Part shown: one piece after another, positions 33,239 through 43,598 of the stretch
How the letters are laid out: every line of letters begins with the position of its first letter
Position numbering within the stretch: the stretch's first letter is position 1
NCBI GenBank assembly: GCA_934086815.1
Contig: CAKOIM010000001.1
Span: 14,366 to 78,365, forward strand
Source of the DNA: an uncultured Bacilli bacterium
Lineage (GTDB): Bacteria > Bacillota_I > Bacilli_A > RF39 > UBA660
DNA length: 64,000 nt
Reading direction: 5' to 3'
Made by a program: the position numbers and the translations under genes
Notes under the pieces: model-generated
What the model saw: the letters and a program-made list of their open reading frames with translations, nothing else
Told to the model about the DNA's origin: nothing
The model's database searches: none

Positions 33239-35344
33239 ATGAATAATGAATTTGAAGAAATTAAAGATGTTTTAAATAAATTTGGTCGAGACATTACAAA
33301 AAATGTGCGTGATAATAAAGTTGATCCAATAATTGGTAGAGATGAAGAAATAAGAAACGTAATTAGAATTTTATCTCGTAAAAGTAAAAATAATCCCGTA
33401 CTAATTGGTGATCCGGGCGTAGGTAAAACCGCTATTGTCGAAGGCCTTGCTCAAAGAATAATAAAGGGTGATGTTCCAAGCTCTTTAAAAAATAAAACTA
33501 TTTGGGAGCTTGATTTAGGTTCTTTAGTAGCTGGGGCTAAATATCGTGGAGAATTTGAAGAAAGATTAAAAGCTGTTTTAAAAGAAATTAAAAATTCTAA
33601 CGGTGAAATCATTATGTTTATAGATGAAATTCATATGATTGTAGGTGCCGGTGGTGATGGAGCTATGGATGTATCTAATATGTTAAAACCTATGCTTGCA
33701 CGTGGAGAAATAAAAGTTATCGGAGCTACGACATTAAATGAATATCGTAAATATATTGAAAAAGATGGTGCCTTAGAAAGAAGATTTCAAAAAGTAATAG
33801 TTAGTGAACCTAATGTAGAAGATACAATAACAATACTAAGGGGATTAAAAGAAAGATTTGAAATATATCATGGAGTAAGTATTAAAGATAGTGCTTTAGT
33901 ATCCGCGGCATTATTATCTGATCGTTATATTACGGATAGATATTTACCAGATAAAGCTATTGATTTAATAGATGAAGCTTGTGCTACTATAAAGATGCAA
34001 TTAGATTCTGTGCCTGTTAATATTGATACATTAATGCGAAAAATTATGAGTTTAGAAATTGAACAAAGAGCATTAAAAAAAGAAAAAGATGATATTTCTT
34101 GCAAGAGAAAGGAAGAAATAGAAAAGGAATTAATTACATTAAAAGAAGAAGAAAGTAAATTAAAAGATGCTTGGGAAAAAGAAAAAGCTATTAAAAATGA
34201 TATTAAAAATAAAAAGGAAGAATTAGATAAAGCTCGTTTTGATTTAAGTGTAGCTGAAAATAATTATGATTTAGAATTAAGTGCTAGACTAAGACATGGC
34301 GTTATACCTAGTTTAGAACAAGAACTTAAAAGAATGCAAGAAAATAATAATTCCAATATATTATCTGATGTGGTCGATGAAGAAAGTATTGCTGAAATTA
34401 TATCTAAATGGACAAAGATACCGACTTCTAAATTAATAAGTAGTGAAAAAGATAAATTATTACATTTATTTGATCGTTTAAAACAAAGAGTTATAGGACA
34501 AGATGATGCCCTAAAATTAGTAAGTGATGCTGTTATTAGAGCTAGAAGTGGAATTAAAGATCCAACTAAGCCTATTGGTTCATTTATATTTTTAGGACCT
34601 ACTGGGGTAGGTAAAACAGAAGTTGCAAAAAGCCTTGCTTATGAATTGTTTGATGATGAAAAACATATGGTTAGAATAGATTGTTCAGAATATATGGAAA
34701 GTTTTAATGTTTCTAGATTAATTGGAGCTCCGCCAGGATATGTTGGTTATGATGAAGGTGGTGTACTAACCGAAGCTATAAGAAGAAATCCATATAGTAT
34801 AGTTTTATTTGATGAAATAGAAAAAGCTCATAAAGATGTATTTAATATATTATTGCAAATACTAGATGATGGAAGACTTACTGATAGTCAAGGAAGAACT
34901 GTAGACTTTAAAAATACAATTATAATTATGACAAGTAATTTAGGTAGTGAATATATATTAAATAACGAAGAAAATGCTAAAGAATTAATTAATAATGAAC
35001 TTAAAAATACATTTAGACCAGAATTATTAAATAGAATAGATGAAATAATAATTTTTAATGCATTAAAGAAAGATATAGTTGGGGATATTACTGATAAAAT
35101 AATTGCAGATTTAAATAATAGACTTAAAAATAGTTATTTGCATGTTGAACTTACACAAGAAGCTAAAGATAAGATTGTAGATGAAGCTTACGATGAAAGA
35201 TATGGGGCTAGACCAATAAAAAGATATATTACTAAGAATATTGAAAATTTAATTGCTCATACATTAATTGAGAAAAATATTGAAGCTTCAAAAACTATAA
35301 AAATTGTTGTCAAAGATAATCAATTTGCTTTAGAAATATTATAA
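33239..35344 (+). CDS. clpB: ClpB-type AAA+ disaggregase lacking the N-terminal domain
   Basis: 701 aa. It begins directly at [28 protein letters not shown]. It has two Walker A motifs (GDPGVGKT and GPTGVGKT) and a long coiled-coil middle domain between the NBDs. There is no ClpP-binding loop, so I call it ClpB rather than ClpC. Confidence 0.9.
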   Translation: MNNEFEEIKDVLNKFGRDITKNVRDNKVDPIIGRDEEIRNVIRILSRKSKNNPVLIGDPGVGKTAIVEGLAQRIIKGDVPSSLKNKTIWELDLGSLVAGAKYRGEFEERLKAVLKEIKNSNGEIIMFIDEIHMIVGAGGDGAMDVSNMLKPMLARGEIKVIGATTLNEYRKYIEKDGALERRFQKVIVSEPNVEDTITILRGLKERFEIYHGVSIKDSALVSAALLSDRYITDRYLPDKAIDLIDEACATIKMQLDSVPVNIDTLMRKIMSLEIEQRALKKEKDDISCKRKEEIEKELITLKEEESKLKDAWEKEKAIKNDIKNKKEELDKARFDLSVAENNYDLELSARLRHGVIPSLEQELKRMQENNNSNILSDVVDEESIAEIISKWTKIPTSKLISSEKDKLLHLFDRLKQRVIGQDDALKLVSDAVIRARSGIKDPTKPIGSFIFLGPTGVGKTEVAKSLAYELFDDEKHMVRIDCSEYMESFNVSRLIGAPPGYVGYDEGGVLTEAIRRNPYSIVLFDEIEKAHKDVFNILLQILDDGRLTDSQGRTVDFKNTIIIMTSNLGSEYILNNEENAKELINNELKNTFRPELLNRIDEIIIFNALKKDIVGDITDKIIADLNNRLKNSYLHVELTQEAKDKIVDEAYDERYGARPIKRYITKNIENLIAHTLIEKNIEASKTIKIVVKDNQFALEIL

Positions 35345-35366
35345 AATATGCGTCAACTAAAAAAGG

Positions 35367-35395
35367 TTGACACATATTTTTTATTATGATAATAT
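35367..35395 (+). promoter_or_regulatory. sigma-A-type promoter for rpsP (TTGACA-17-TGaTAATAT)
   Basis: TTGACA at 35367-35372 and TAATAT at 35390-35395 with an upstream TG. The hairpin gtcaac/gttgac (35352-35371) may terminate clpB. Confidence 0.55.
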
Positions 35396-35422
35396 ATTAT
35401 TGTTATTAAGGAGGAAAGAAAT

Positions 35423-35692
35423 ATGGCTGTTAAATTAAGACTTAAAAGAATGGGTGCTAAACAAAGACCTTTTTATCGTATTGTAGCTGCGGATTCTAAA
35501 AGTCCAAGAGATGGAAAATTTATTGAAACTATTGGTACATATAATCCAGTAAGTAATCCGGCGGAAGTTAAAATCGATAAAGAATTAGCGTTAAAATGGT
35601 TGAATAATGGAGCACAACCAACTGATACAGTAAAAGCTTTATTTAGAAAAGAAGGAATTACTGCATTATACGCTGAACGTAAAGGAAAATAA
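35423..35692 (+). CDS. rpsP: 30S ribosomal protein S16
   Basis: Begins [37 protein letters not shown]. Confidence 0.95.
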   Translation: MAVKLRLKRMGAKQRPFYRIVAADSKSPRDGKFIETIGTYNPVSNPAEVKIDKELALKWLNNGAQPTDTVKALFRKEGITALYAERKGK

Positions 35693-35693
35693 T

Positions 35694-35927
35694 ATGGGTG
35701 TAGTAGAATATACTGAATTTTTGATTAAGAAAGTAGTTAAAAATAGTGATATGGTTAAAGTAGAAGCTATTTCTGATGATTTAATCGAAGTTTTAGTTCC
35801 AAATGAAGAAATGAAATATGTAATTGGAAAAAATGGCGCTAATATTAAAGCTATTAGAACACTTGTTAATGCATTTACATTTATCCATAATCTAGATAAA
35901 GTAAATATAAATGTGGAAGCATTTTAA
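35694..35927 (+). CDS. khpA: KH-domain RNA-binding protein (KhpA/YlqC type)
   Basis: 77 aa, with the KH GxxG motif in VIGKNGANIKAIRTL. It lies immediately after rpsP. Confidence 0.8.
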   Translation: MGVVEYTEFLIKKVVKNSDMVKVEAISDDLIEVLVPNEEMKYVIGKNGANIKAIRTLVNAFTFIHNLDKVNINVEAF

Positions 35928-36619
35928 TCAATATTTTTATTTTTAATGAATTCAGTGAGCATTTTAGTTAATGCTCTTTTTTCTATTCTTGAAACATAAC
36001 TTCTAGAAATATGAAGACTATCAGCTATTTCTTTTTGAGTCATTGCATTTTTATTGTTTAAACCATATCTTTTTATTATTATTTCCATCTCTCTTTTATT
36101 AAGTAAATTTAAATATTTTTTTAATAAAGATATATTATTTTTTAATTCTATTTCTTGAAATAAATCAATATTTTTATCTTTAATTACATCAATTAAGTTA
36201 ATTTCGTTTCCTTCTTTATCATGACCAATAGCATCGTTTAAACTTATCGTGGGACCATATTTTTTGTTATTTCGAAAATGCATTAGTATTTCGTTTTGTA
36301 TACATCTTGCCGCATAAGTGGTTATTTTAGTTTTTTTATTATTTTTATAAGTATCAATTCCTTTAATTAGACCAATTGTACCAATACTAATTAAATCATC
36401 GTTGTCATTTTCTTTTGTTTCAAATTTTTTAACTATATGGGCAACTAATCTTAAGTTATGTTCAATTAACTTATTGCGGGCATCTTTATTTCCCTTTAGC
36501 ATTTCTTGGATACACTTATCTTCCTCTTCATTACTTAAGGGTTCGGGAAAAACATTGTTGGAATAAGAACCAGTAAAAAAAATCATATCTTTAATAATAT
36601 TTAATAAATTTAAAAACAT
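35924..36619 (-). CDS. sigK: sporulation sigma factor, SigK-like, with a pro-sequence
   Basis: Contains FPEPLSNEEE, ARNKLIEHNLRLVAHIVKKFE, DDLISIGTIGLIKGIDTY and TYAARCIQNEILMHFRN, plus a region 4 HTH (QKEIADSLHISRSYVSRIEKRAL). It is closest to SigK in my recollection, but SigE is not excluded. Confidence 0.75.
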   Translation of the reverse strand: MFLNLLNIIKDMIFFTGSYSNNVFPEPLSNEEEDKCIQEMLKGNKDARNKLIEHNLRLVAHIVKKFETKENDNDDLISIGTIGLIKGIDTYKNNKKTKITTYAARCIQNEILMHFRNNKKYGPTISLNDAIGHDKEGNEINLIDVIKDKNIDLFQEIELKNNISLLKKYLNLLNKREMEIIIKRYGLNNKNAMTQKEIADSLHISRSYVSRIEKRALTKMLTEFIKNKNID

Positions 36620-36738
36620 ATAATTACCTCATTAAAATATATTTAAATTAAAAATAAAATATGTTAATTTAGAGATTTTTTGAAATTGACATCTAACTAT
36701 TTATATGCTAGAATAACAGGCAAAAAAGGACGGTATTT

Positions 36739-38154
36739 ATGAAAATAATATTAGATACGGATGGAACAATGACTGATTTTAATTATTTTATTTCTAATGA
36801 GGCAATACCATATTTTAAAAATAAGTATAATATGGAAGTAATTAACTATAGTAGTTTAGAAATTCAAGATATTTTTGATATGGATAATTTTTTTGCGAAA
36901 AGATATAATATTTCATTAGATGAAGCTAAAAAATATACTAAAAAAGCATTAGATGAATTTTGGGTTCATCCTCGGTTTTTAAAATATTCACCATTTAATA
37001 AATTTAGAAATGGGTTAAGTGTATATATAAAAGAAATGATTAAAGAGGGACATGTAGTTGAAGTCCACACATCTCGAGATAAAACTACGGAAAATACTTC
37101 TGTTGGTAAAATTTCAAGATTTTTAATAAAAATTCAATATTTGTTAAATGGAATACGTATACCTGATGATAAGTTTTATTTTTACGAAAATGATGATGAA
37201 AAGATAAAAAATATTATTGCAGCAAAACCGGATATTGTATTTGAAGATAAAGCCGAAGTTATTAAGAGTTTAAATGAATCCAGAATAAAATGCATATGTG
37301 TCGAAGGAAAGCATAATATTGATGTAATAAATGATAAAAATGTTTTTAAAGATACTTGTGAATCCTATGATAATGTTGTAACTAGTGTTGATAAATTATT
37401 AGGAAAAAAGAAAGTAGTCTATTTTAAAAAGGCAGCTAAATCTGATTTGTTTTATGCTAAAATATCTTTTGTAAAACATTTGATTTTAAAGTGTTTTGAA
37501 CCCATAATATTAAATGGTGAAAATATCGTCGTTGATGATAAGCCGTTGATATATGCTCCGAATCATAGAAGTACACTAGATCCATTAATTATCAACTCTG
37601 TAATTGATAAACATATTCATTGGGCTGCATTATTAAGATTTTTTGAAGGAAATGATAGTATTTTTAATAATAGTAAAAATCCATTTTTGTGTAATATTAC
37701 AGCGACTTCTTTTAAAAAATTAGAGTATATACCAATTGATAGAAAAAAAGATAATCCTAATGCTAATAATTTAAATTCTATAAAAGATATGTTAGGTTTT
37801 TTACAAGCTAATAAAAAGCTTGGTATATTTCCAGAAGGGACAACTAATAGACCTGATGGGGCTGATTTTGGAGTATTTGATCCATCTTTTATATTAATGG
37901 CTACTAAAACAAATGCTAATATTGTACCAATTACTATGTATTGGTTTAGGGATATTTCGGATAAAAAAAGAGTAATATTAAATTTTGGAAAAGAGATTAA
38001 TGTAAGTGGAAAAACTAAGGAACAAATATATGATGAATATTTAAATGTTCAAAAAAAACAATTAGAAGAAAACAAAAAAGTGAGTGAACTTTATTTAAAT
38101 GACAAAAAATTAAAGAAAACACTTTTAAAATCTAGTAAATTTTATTATAATTAG
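36739..38154 (+). CDS. fusion protein: N-terminal HAD-like (5'-nucleotidase-type) domain plus a C-terminal lysophospholipid acyltransferase (PlsC-family) domain
   Basis: N-terminal DTDGTMTDF (DxDxT). The C-terminal half has NHRSTLDP (HX4D) and FPEGTTNR motifs. Confidence 0.7.
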   Translation: MKIILDTDGTMTDFNYFISNEAIPYFKNKYNMEVINYSSLEIQDIFDMDNFFAKRYNISLDEAKKYTKKALDEFWVHPRFLKYSPFNKFRNGLSVYIKEMIKEGHVVEVHTSRDKTTENTSVGKISRFLIKIQYLLNGIRIPDDKFYFYENDDEKIKNIIAAKPDIVFEDKAEVIKSLNESRIKCICVEGKHNIDVINDKNVFKDTCESYDNVVTSVDKLLGKKKVVYFKKAAKSDLFYAKISFVKHLILKCFEPIILNGENIVVDDKPLIYAPNHRSTLDPLIINSVIDKHIHWAALLRFFEGNDSIFNNSKNPFLCNITATSFKKLEYIPIDRKKDNPNANNLNSIKDMLGFLQANKKLGIFPEGTTNRPDGADFGVFDPSFILMATKTNANIVPITMYWFRDISDKKRVILNFGKEINVSGKTKEQIYDEYLNVQKKQLEENKKVSELYLNDKKLKKTLLKSSKFYYN

Positions 38155-38190
38155 AAAGAAGATAAGTTCTTATTTTGGTGAGGTGTTATT

Positions 38191-40095
38191 GTGCATTTAA
38201 GTGTTCCTTTATTGTTGTTAAGTTTAATTTATACCGTTTTTATAACAATATTATTTATAAAAAAAAGAAAGTTATTTAATGTCGAAATATCAATATTTTT
38301 AGTGTTATTATTTGTAACAATTGTTGGTATCGTTTTAGATTTACTAGGCATATATGCTAATATGTATTTACCAGATGATAGTTTAATTAGGTGGTTAATT
38401 GTAAAGGTATATTTGTTGTTTTTAATAACGTTTACTGGGTTGTTAACTATATATTTATATTCTATAACTAAAGAAAGTGGAACATTCAAATCGTTAGGGG
38501 ATATATTAATAAAGAAGAAATTTATATTAGTCGTATATCTTTTATTAACTATTATTTTATTTGTTTTACCATTTACATATTATAATGATGGACATGTTAT
38601 ATATGTTTATGGACTGTGTTGTACTTATGTATATATGATAACTGCATTAAATATTATTTCTTGGATATATATAATTATTAAAAAGCATGATACTATTGAA
38701 AAAAGAAAAATAGCTCCTATAGTTACATTTATTATCATAACTATTCCTGTAATTTTAATTCAAAAGAATTATCCGGAATATTTACTTGTGACAGTTTTAG
38801 CCGCATTTATTACACTTTTTATGTATCATACTATTGAGAATCCGGATGTAGTAATGATTAGTCAATTACAATTAGCAAAAGAAAAAGCTGAAAGCGCTAA
38901 TAGGGCTAAATCTGATTTTTTATCCAGTATGTCACATGAAATTAGAACACCATTAAATGCTATTGTTGGGCTTTCTATGGATAATTTAACTTATAAAGAT
39001 AAAATGCCTAAGGAAGTGCTAGAAAATTCTTTAGATATAGTTAATGCATCACAAACCCTTTTAGAAATAGTAGGACATATATTAGATATAAATAAAATTG
39101 AAGCTGATAAAGTGGAAATTATAGAAGATTCTTATAACTTTAAAGAAGAAATTACTAATTTATGTAGAGTTACAGCGACGCGTATAGGAGAAAAGAATGT
39201 TACATTAAATATAAACTTTGCCGAAGATATACCATATTTGATTATTGGAGATAAAGGTAAAGTAAAAGAAATAATTAATAATATTTTGGTTAATGCTATT
39301 AAATATACGGATGAGGGGAAAATAGACTTAGATTTTACTTGTCAAAATGATTTTATTAAAAATATTACTAATATAATTATTACATGTAAAGATACAGGTA
39401 AAGGTATTAAAGAAGATCAATTAAATAGGCTGTTTATTAAATTTGATAGATTAGATGTCGAAAAAAATACCAATGTTGAAGGAACTGGATTAGGGCTTCC
39501 CATAGCTAAGTCTTTAGTTGAATTAATGGATGGAAAAATAAGTGTTGAATCTAAGTATAATGTGGGATCAAAATTTATAGTTGAAATACCCCAAAAAATA
39601 TGTGAATTAAAACAAAAAGAAAATATAAGCAACACTGATAAGGAATTGAAAGAGGAATTTAATTATAAAAATAAAAAAATATTAATTGTTGATGATAATA
39701 AATTAAATATTAAAGTAGCTCAAAGAGCATTAAAAGATTTTGAGTTTATTATTGATGAGTGTTATGACGGGGAAGAGTGTTTAGAAAAAATAAGCCAAGG
39801 AAATACATATGATTTAATATTAATGGATATTATGATGCCTAATATGAATGGTGAGGAATGTTTAAAAAAATTACAACAAAATGAGTTTTTTTCGACCCCA
39901 GTTATTGCGTTAACTGCGGATGCCGTCTCAGGAGCTAAAGAAAAATATTTAAGCGAAGGTTTTTGTGAGTATATTTCTAAACCTTTTACTAAAGAACAAA
40001 TACAAGAAAAATTAGATATAGTTTTTAATTATAAAGAGACTGTAAATAGTAAAATAGATTGGGATAAAGTTCCAAAACATTGTATTGAAGATTAA
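38191..40095 (+). CDS. hybrid sensor histidine kinase (multi-TM sensor, HisKA, HATPase, receiver)
   Basis: GTG start and about 6-7 TM helices. H-box [12 protein letters not shown]-box [30 protein letters not shown]. The receiver reads ILIVDDN...[14 protein letters not shown]...ALTADA. Confidence 0.85.
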   Translation: MHLSVPLLLLSLIYTVFITILFIKKRKLFNVEISIFLVLLFVTIVGIVLDLLGIYANMYLPDDSLIRWLIVKVYLLFLITFTGLLTIYLYSITKESGTFKSLGDILIKKKFILVVYLLLTIILFVLPFTYYNDGHVIYVYGLCCTYVYMITALNIISWIYIIIKKHDTIEKRKIAPIVTFIIITIPVILIQKNYPEYLLVTVLAAFITLFMYHTIENPDVVMISQLQLAKEKAESANRAKSDFLSSMSHEIRTPLNAIVGLSMDNLTYKDKMPKEVLENSLDIVNASQTLLEIVGHILDINKIEADKVEIIEDSYNFKEEITNLCRVTATRIGEKNVTLNINFAEDIPYLIIGDKGKVKEIINNILVNAIKYTDEGKIDLDFTCQNDFIKNITNIIITCKDTGKGIKEDQLNRLFIKFDRLDVEKNTNVEGTGLGLPIAKSLVELMDGKISVESKYNVGSKFIVEIPQKICELKQKENISNTDKELKEEFNYKNKKILIVDDNKLNIKVAQRALKDFEFIIDECYDGEECLEKISQGNTYDLILMDIMMPNMNGEECLKKLQQNEFFSTPVIALTADAVSGAKEKYLSEGFCEYISKPFTKEQIQEKLDIVFNYKETVNSKIDWDKVPKHCIED

Positions 40096-40115
40096 CTCTG
40101 CTTTGCAGAGTTTTT
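40094..40115 (+). terminator. intrinsic terminator after the kinase gene
   Basis: Stem aactctg/cagagtt with loop ctttg, then ttt. Confidence 0.55.
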
Positions 40116-40177
40116 AGTATGAGAATAAAATTATGTTTATTTAGAGAATATGTGGTATACTTTTAAAGGTGGTATAT

Positions 40178-42724
40178 ATGAAAAAACTTATTTTAATTGA
40201 TGGTAATAACTTAATGTTTAGAAGTTACTATGCTACGGCTTACTCTGGAAATATGATGAAAAATTCTAAGGGTTTACCTACGAATGCCTTGTATGGTTTT
40301 GTTTCTATGATTAATAAGATAATACATGAAGAAAAACCCGAATATATGGCTGTTGCGTTTGATATAGGTAAAAATTTTCGTCGGGAAGAGTATTCTTTTT
40401 ATAAAGAGGGAAGAATATCTACGCCGGATGAGTTAAAAGTTCAAATGCCAATTGCCCGAGATATTTTAGATAAAATGGGAATAAAACATTTTGAACTTGC
40501 TCCATATGAAGCTGATGATATAGTAGGAACAATTGTTAAAATGACGGAAGCTGATAAAGACTTTTCCTCTGTAATAATATCTAGTGATAAAGATTTGCTT
40601 CAATTAATTAGTTTTGAAACTGAAGTGAAACTTTTAAAACAAACAGGTTTTATAAGGTATAATTACGAAAAGTTTATGGAAGATTATGGGTTTGAACCGA
40701 TAAAGATGATTGATTTAAAAGCACTTATGGGGGATCAATCGGATAATATTCCTGGGGTAAAAGGAATTGGTGAAAAAACCGCTACAAAACTTTTACAAGA
40801 ATATTCTTCGCTAGAAAATTTATATAATAATATTGACAATATAAAAGGAAAAACAAAAGAAAAACTAGAAGTTGATAAAGAAATGGCTTTTATAAGTAAA
40901 AAGATTGCAACTATTTATCGTGATGTTCCTTTAAATATAGAACTTGAAGATTTAAAATATAATCCCCAAGATAATGAAGGATTAATTGAATTGTTTAAAG
41001 AATTAGAGTTTTTTTCTCTTTTAAAAAATATGTTATTTAATACAAAAAAAACGGAAATTGAATATAGTTATTTAACTGATGAGGCAAAACTTGGTGAAAA
41101 TTTAGCAATTGAATTAATGTTAGATAATGAAAACTATCATGTTGCTAATATAGTTGGGCTTTCTATAAGTGATGAAGAGAATAACTATTATGTTGCGAGG
41201 GAAAATGTTTTAAAAATTTTAGAGAAAATAAAAAATCGGCATATAATTGCTTATGATGTAAAAAAAATATTATGTAATACAAAAATAGATTTAAATAATT
41301 TTCATGACATTATGATTATGGCTTATTTATTGAATATGAATATTAAAGATGATTTAGCATACTTGGCTAACCAATATAATGAAGAACTATTATATTATGA
41401 TAATATGAAAAAAAATGGCTTTATAAATATTGAAAAAGAAATGGTTAAAAGAAGCAGATTTTTATTTAATATTTTAAAAAAATATCAAGATAAAATAAAA
41501 GAAGAAAATTGTGAAAATCTATATTTAAATATTGAACTTCCTTTAGTAAAAGTTTTAAGGGATATGGAAAGTACAGGTATAATATGTAAGAAAGATATCT
41601 TAGATAATATGGCCTTAGAAATAGATGCGAGTATTAAAAAAATATCTCAAGAAATATATGATTTAGCTGGACTTGAATTTAATATTGGAAGTCCTAAACA
41701 ACTTGGGGAAATTTTATTTGAAAAGTTAGAAATAGCTAAGGGTAAAAAAAATAAAACTGGATATAAAACTGATGTTAAAGTGTTAGAAAAGCTAGTAGAT
41801 AAACATCCTATAGTAAACAAAATATTGGAATATCGTAATTTAACTAAACTTAAAAGTACATATATTGAAGGCTTATCTAATTATATTTTAAGTGATGGAA
41901 AAATTCATACTATATATAAGCAAACGCTTACAAGAACTGGAAGACTTTCATCAGTAGATCCAAATTTACAAAATATTCCTGTAAGAGAAGAACTGGGAAG
42001 AAGTATTCGTAAAGCTTTTGTACCGGAAAATGATTGTTTTTTAAGTGCTGATTACTCGCAAGTAGAACTAAGAGTTATGGCATCACTTTCAAATTGTCAA
42101 AGCTTAATTGAAGCCTTTAATCATGGCGAAGATATACATACCCATGTAGCTAGTGAAATATTTAAAGTAAGTGATGAAGAAGTTACTAAAAATATGCGTA
42201 GATGTGCAAAAGCTGTTATTTTTGGTATTATTTATGGAATAAGTAGTTTTGGTTTAGGAGAGAATTTAAATATAACTCGAAAAGAAGCGGAACTATATAT
42301 TGAAAAGTTTTATACATTATATCCAGAAATTAAAGTATTTACAAATAAGTTACAGGAACAAGCAAGAAATACAGGAGCAGTAAAAACTTTGTTTGGTAGA
42401 AAAAGAATAATTGATGAAATAAATAATCCTAATTATTTAATTAGACAAATGGGAGAACGTATGGCTATGAATACGCCCATACAAGGGACAAGTGCTGATA
42501 TAATGAAAATGGCAATGATTAATGTTTATAAAAGATTTAAAGAAGAAAATATAACTAGTAAAATATTATTACAAGTACATGATGAAATTATTATAGATTG
42601 TAAAAATAGTGAATTAGAAAAGGTAAAAATAATAGTAAAAGAAGAAATGGAAAATGTTTATGACTTAGGTGTTCCTTTAAAAATAGAAATAGACACAGGT
42701 CTTAATTGGTATGAAGCAAAGTAG
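40178..42724 (+). CDS. polA: DNA polymerase I
   Basis: 5'-nuclease N-terminus LILIDGNNLMFRSYYA. Polymerase motifs are DYSQVELRV (A), RRCAKAVIFGIIYG (B) and QVHDE (C). The start is ATG 40178. Confidence 0.95.
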   Translation: MKKLILIDGNNLMFRSYYATAYSGNMMKNSKGLPTNALYGFVSMINKIIHEEKPEYMAVAFDIGKNFRREEYSFYKEGRISTPDELKVQMPIARDILDKMGIKHFELAPYEADDIVGTIVKMTEADKDFSSVIISSDKDLLQLISFETEVKLLKQTGFIRYNYEKFMEDYGFEPIKMIDLKALMGDQSDNIPGVKGIGEKTATKLLQEYSSLENLYNNIDNIKGKTKEKLEVDKEMAFISKKIATIYRDVPLNIELEDLKYNPQDNEGLIELFKELEFFSLLKNMLFNTKKTEIEYSYLTDEAKLGENLAIELMLDNENYHVANIVGLSISDEENNYYVARENVLKILEKIKNRHIIAYDVKKILCNTKIDLNNFHDIMIMAYLLNMNIKDDLAYLANQYNEELLYYDNMKKNGFINIEKEMVKRSRFLFNILKKYQDKIKEENCENLYLNIELPLVKVLRDMESTGIICKKDILDNMALEIDASIKKISQEIYDLAGLEFNIGSPKQLGEILFEKLEIAKGKKNKTGYKTDVKVLEKLVDKHPIVNKILEYRNLTKLKSTYIEGLSNYILSDGKIHTIYKQTLTRTGRLSSVDPNLQNIPVREELGRSIRKAFVPENDCFLSADYSQVELRVMASLSNCQSLIEAFNHGEDIHTHVASEIFKVSDEEVTKNMRRCAKAVIFGIIYGISSFGLGENLNITRKEAELYIEKFYTLYPEIKVFTNKLQEQARNTGAVKTLFGRKRIIDEINNPNYLIRQMGERMAMNTPIQGTSADIMKMAMINVYKRFKEENITSKILLQVHDEIIIDCKNSELEKVKIIVKEEMENVYDLGVPLKIEIDTGLNWYEAK

Positions 42725-42732
42725 GTGATAAT

Positions 42733-43551
42733 ATGCCAGAAATAGCCGAAGTTGAAACAGTAAGAAATACTTTGAAAAATATGATTTTAAATAAAGAAAT
42801 AATTGATGTAAATATTATTTATCCCAAAATGATAGAAAGTGATGTCTTAGAGTTTAAAAAGATACTAAAATCTAGAAAGTTCATTGATATAAAGCGTATA
42901 GGTAAATGGTTATTGTTTGATTTAAGTGATTATTATTTGTTAACGCATCTTAGGATGGAAGGTAAATTTTTTGTTAAAAATCATGATGAACCAATAGAAA
43001 AACATGAACATGTTATAATTTCTTTTAAAGATTATACTGATTTAAGATATCATGATACAAGAAAATTTGGACGAATGAATTTAGTTAAAAAAGAAAATAT
43101 TAATTCTGTCGAAGCCATAAAAAAACAAGGGATTGAACCAAATGATAAAAGACTTACAAAAGAATATTTATATAATGCTATAAAAAAGAAAAATATACCA
43201 ATTAAAACAGTATTACTAGATCAAACAATTATTAGTGGTCTTGGAAATATTTATGCTAATGAGGTTTTGTTTCAAGCTCGTATTAACCCCTTAATGAAAG
43301 CTCGAGATTTAACAATAAAAAATTGTGAAGATATTATTGAATCTAGTAATGAAATTATAAAAAAGGCAATAGAAATGGGCGGAACTACGATAAAAAGTTA
43401 TACTTCATCATTGGGAGTAACTGGAAAATTTCAAAATTATTTAATGGTTCATAAAAGAAATGGTCTTCCTTGTAAAAGGTGTAATACAAATATTGAAATT
43501 ATTAAAATAGGGGGAAGAAGTACATATTATTGTCCAAGATGTCAAAAGTAA
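42733..43551 (+). CDS. mutM: formamidopyrimidine-DNA glycosylase
   Basis: N-terminal MPEIAEVE (catalytic Pro2/Glu3), an H2TH region, and a C-terminal zinc finger CKRC-x16-CPRC. It follows polA, as in Bacillus. Confidence 0.9.
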   Translation: MPEIAEVETVRNTLKNMILNKEIIDVNIIYPKMIESDVLEFKKILKSRKFIDIKRIGKWLLFDLSDYYLLTHLRMEGKFFVKNHDEPIEKHEHVIISFKDYTDLRYHDTRKFGRMNLVKKENINSVEAIKKQGIEPNDKRLTKEYLYNAIKKKNIPIKTVLLDQTIISGLGNIYANEVLFQARINPLMKARDLTIKNCEDIIESSNEIIKKAIEMGGTTIKSYTSSLGVTGKFQNYLMVHKRNGLPCKRCNTNIEIIKIGGRSTYYCPRCQK

Positions 43552-43598
43552 AAAATATTATTGTTTTTTAAATATATTAATTTTAGTATAAATATAGG

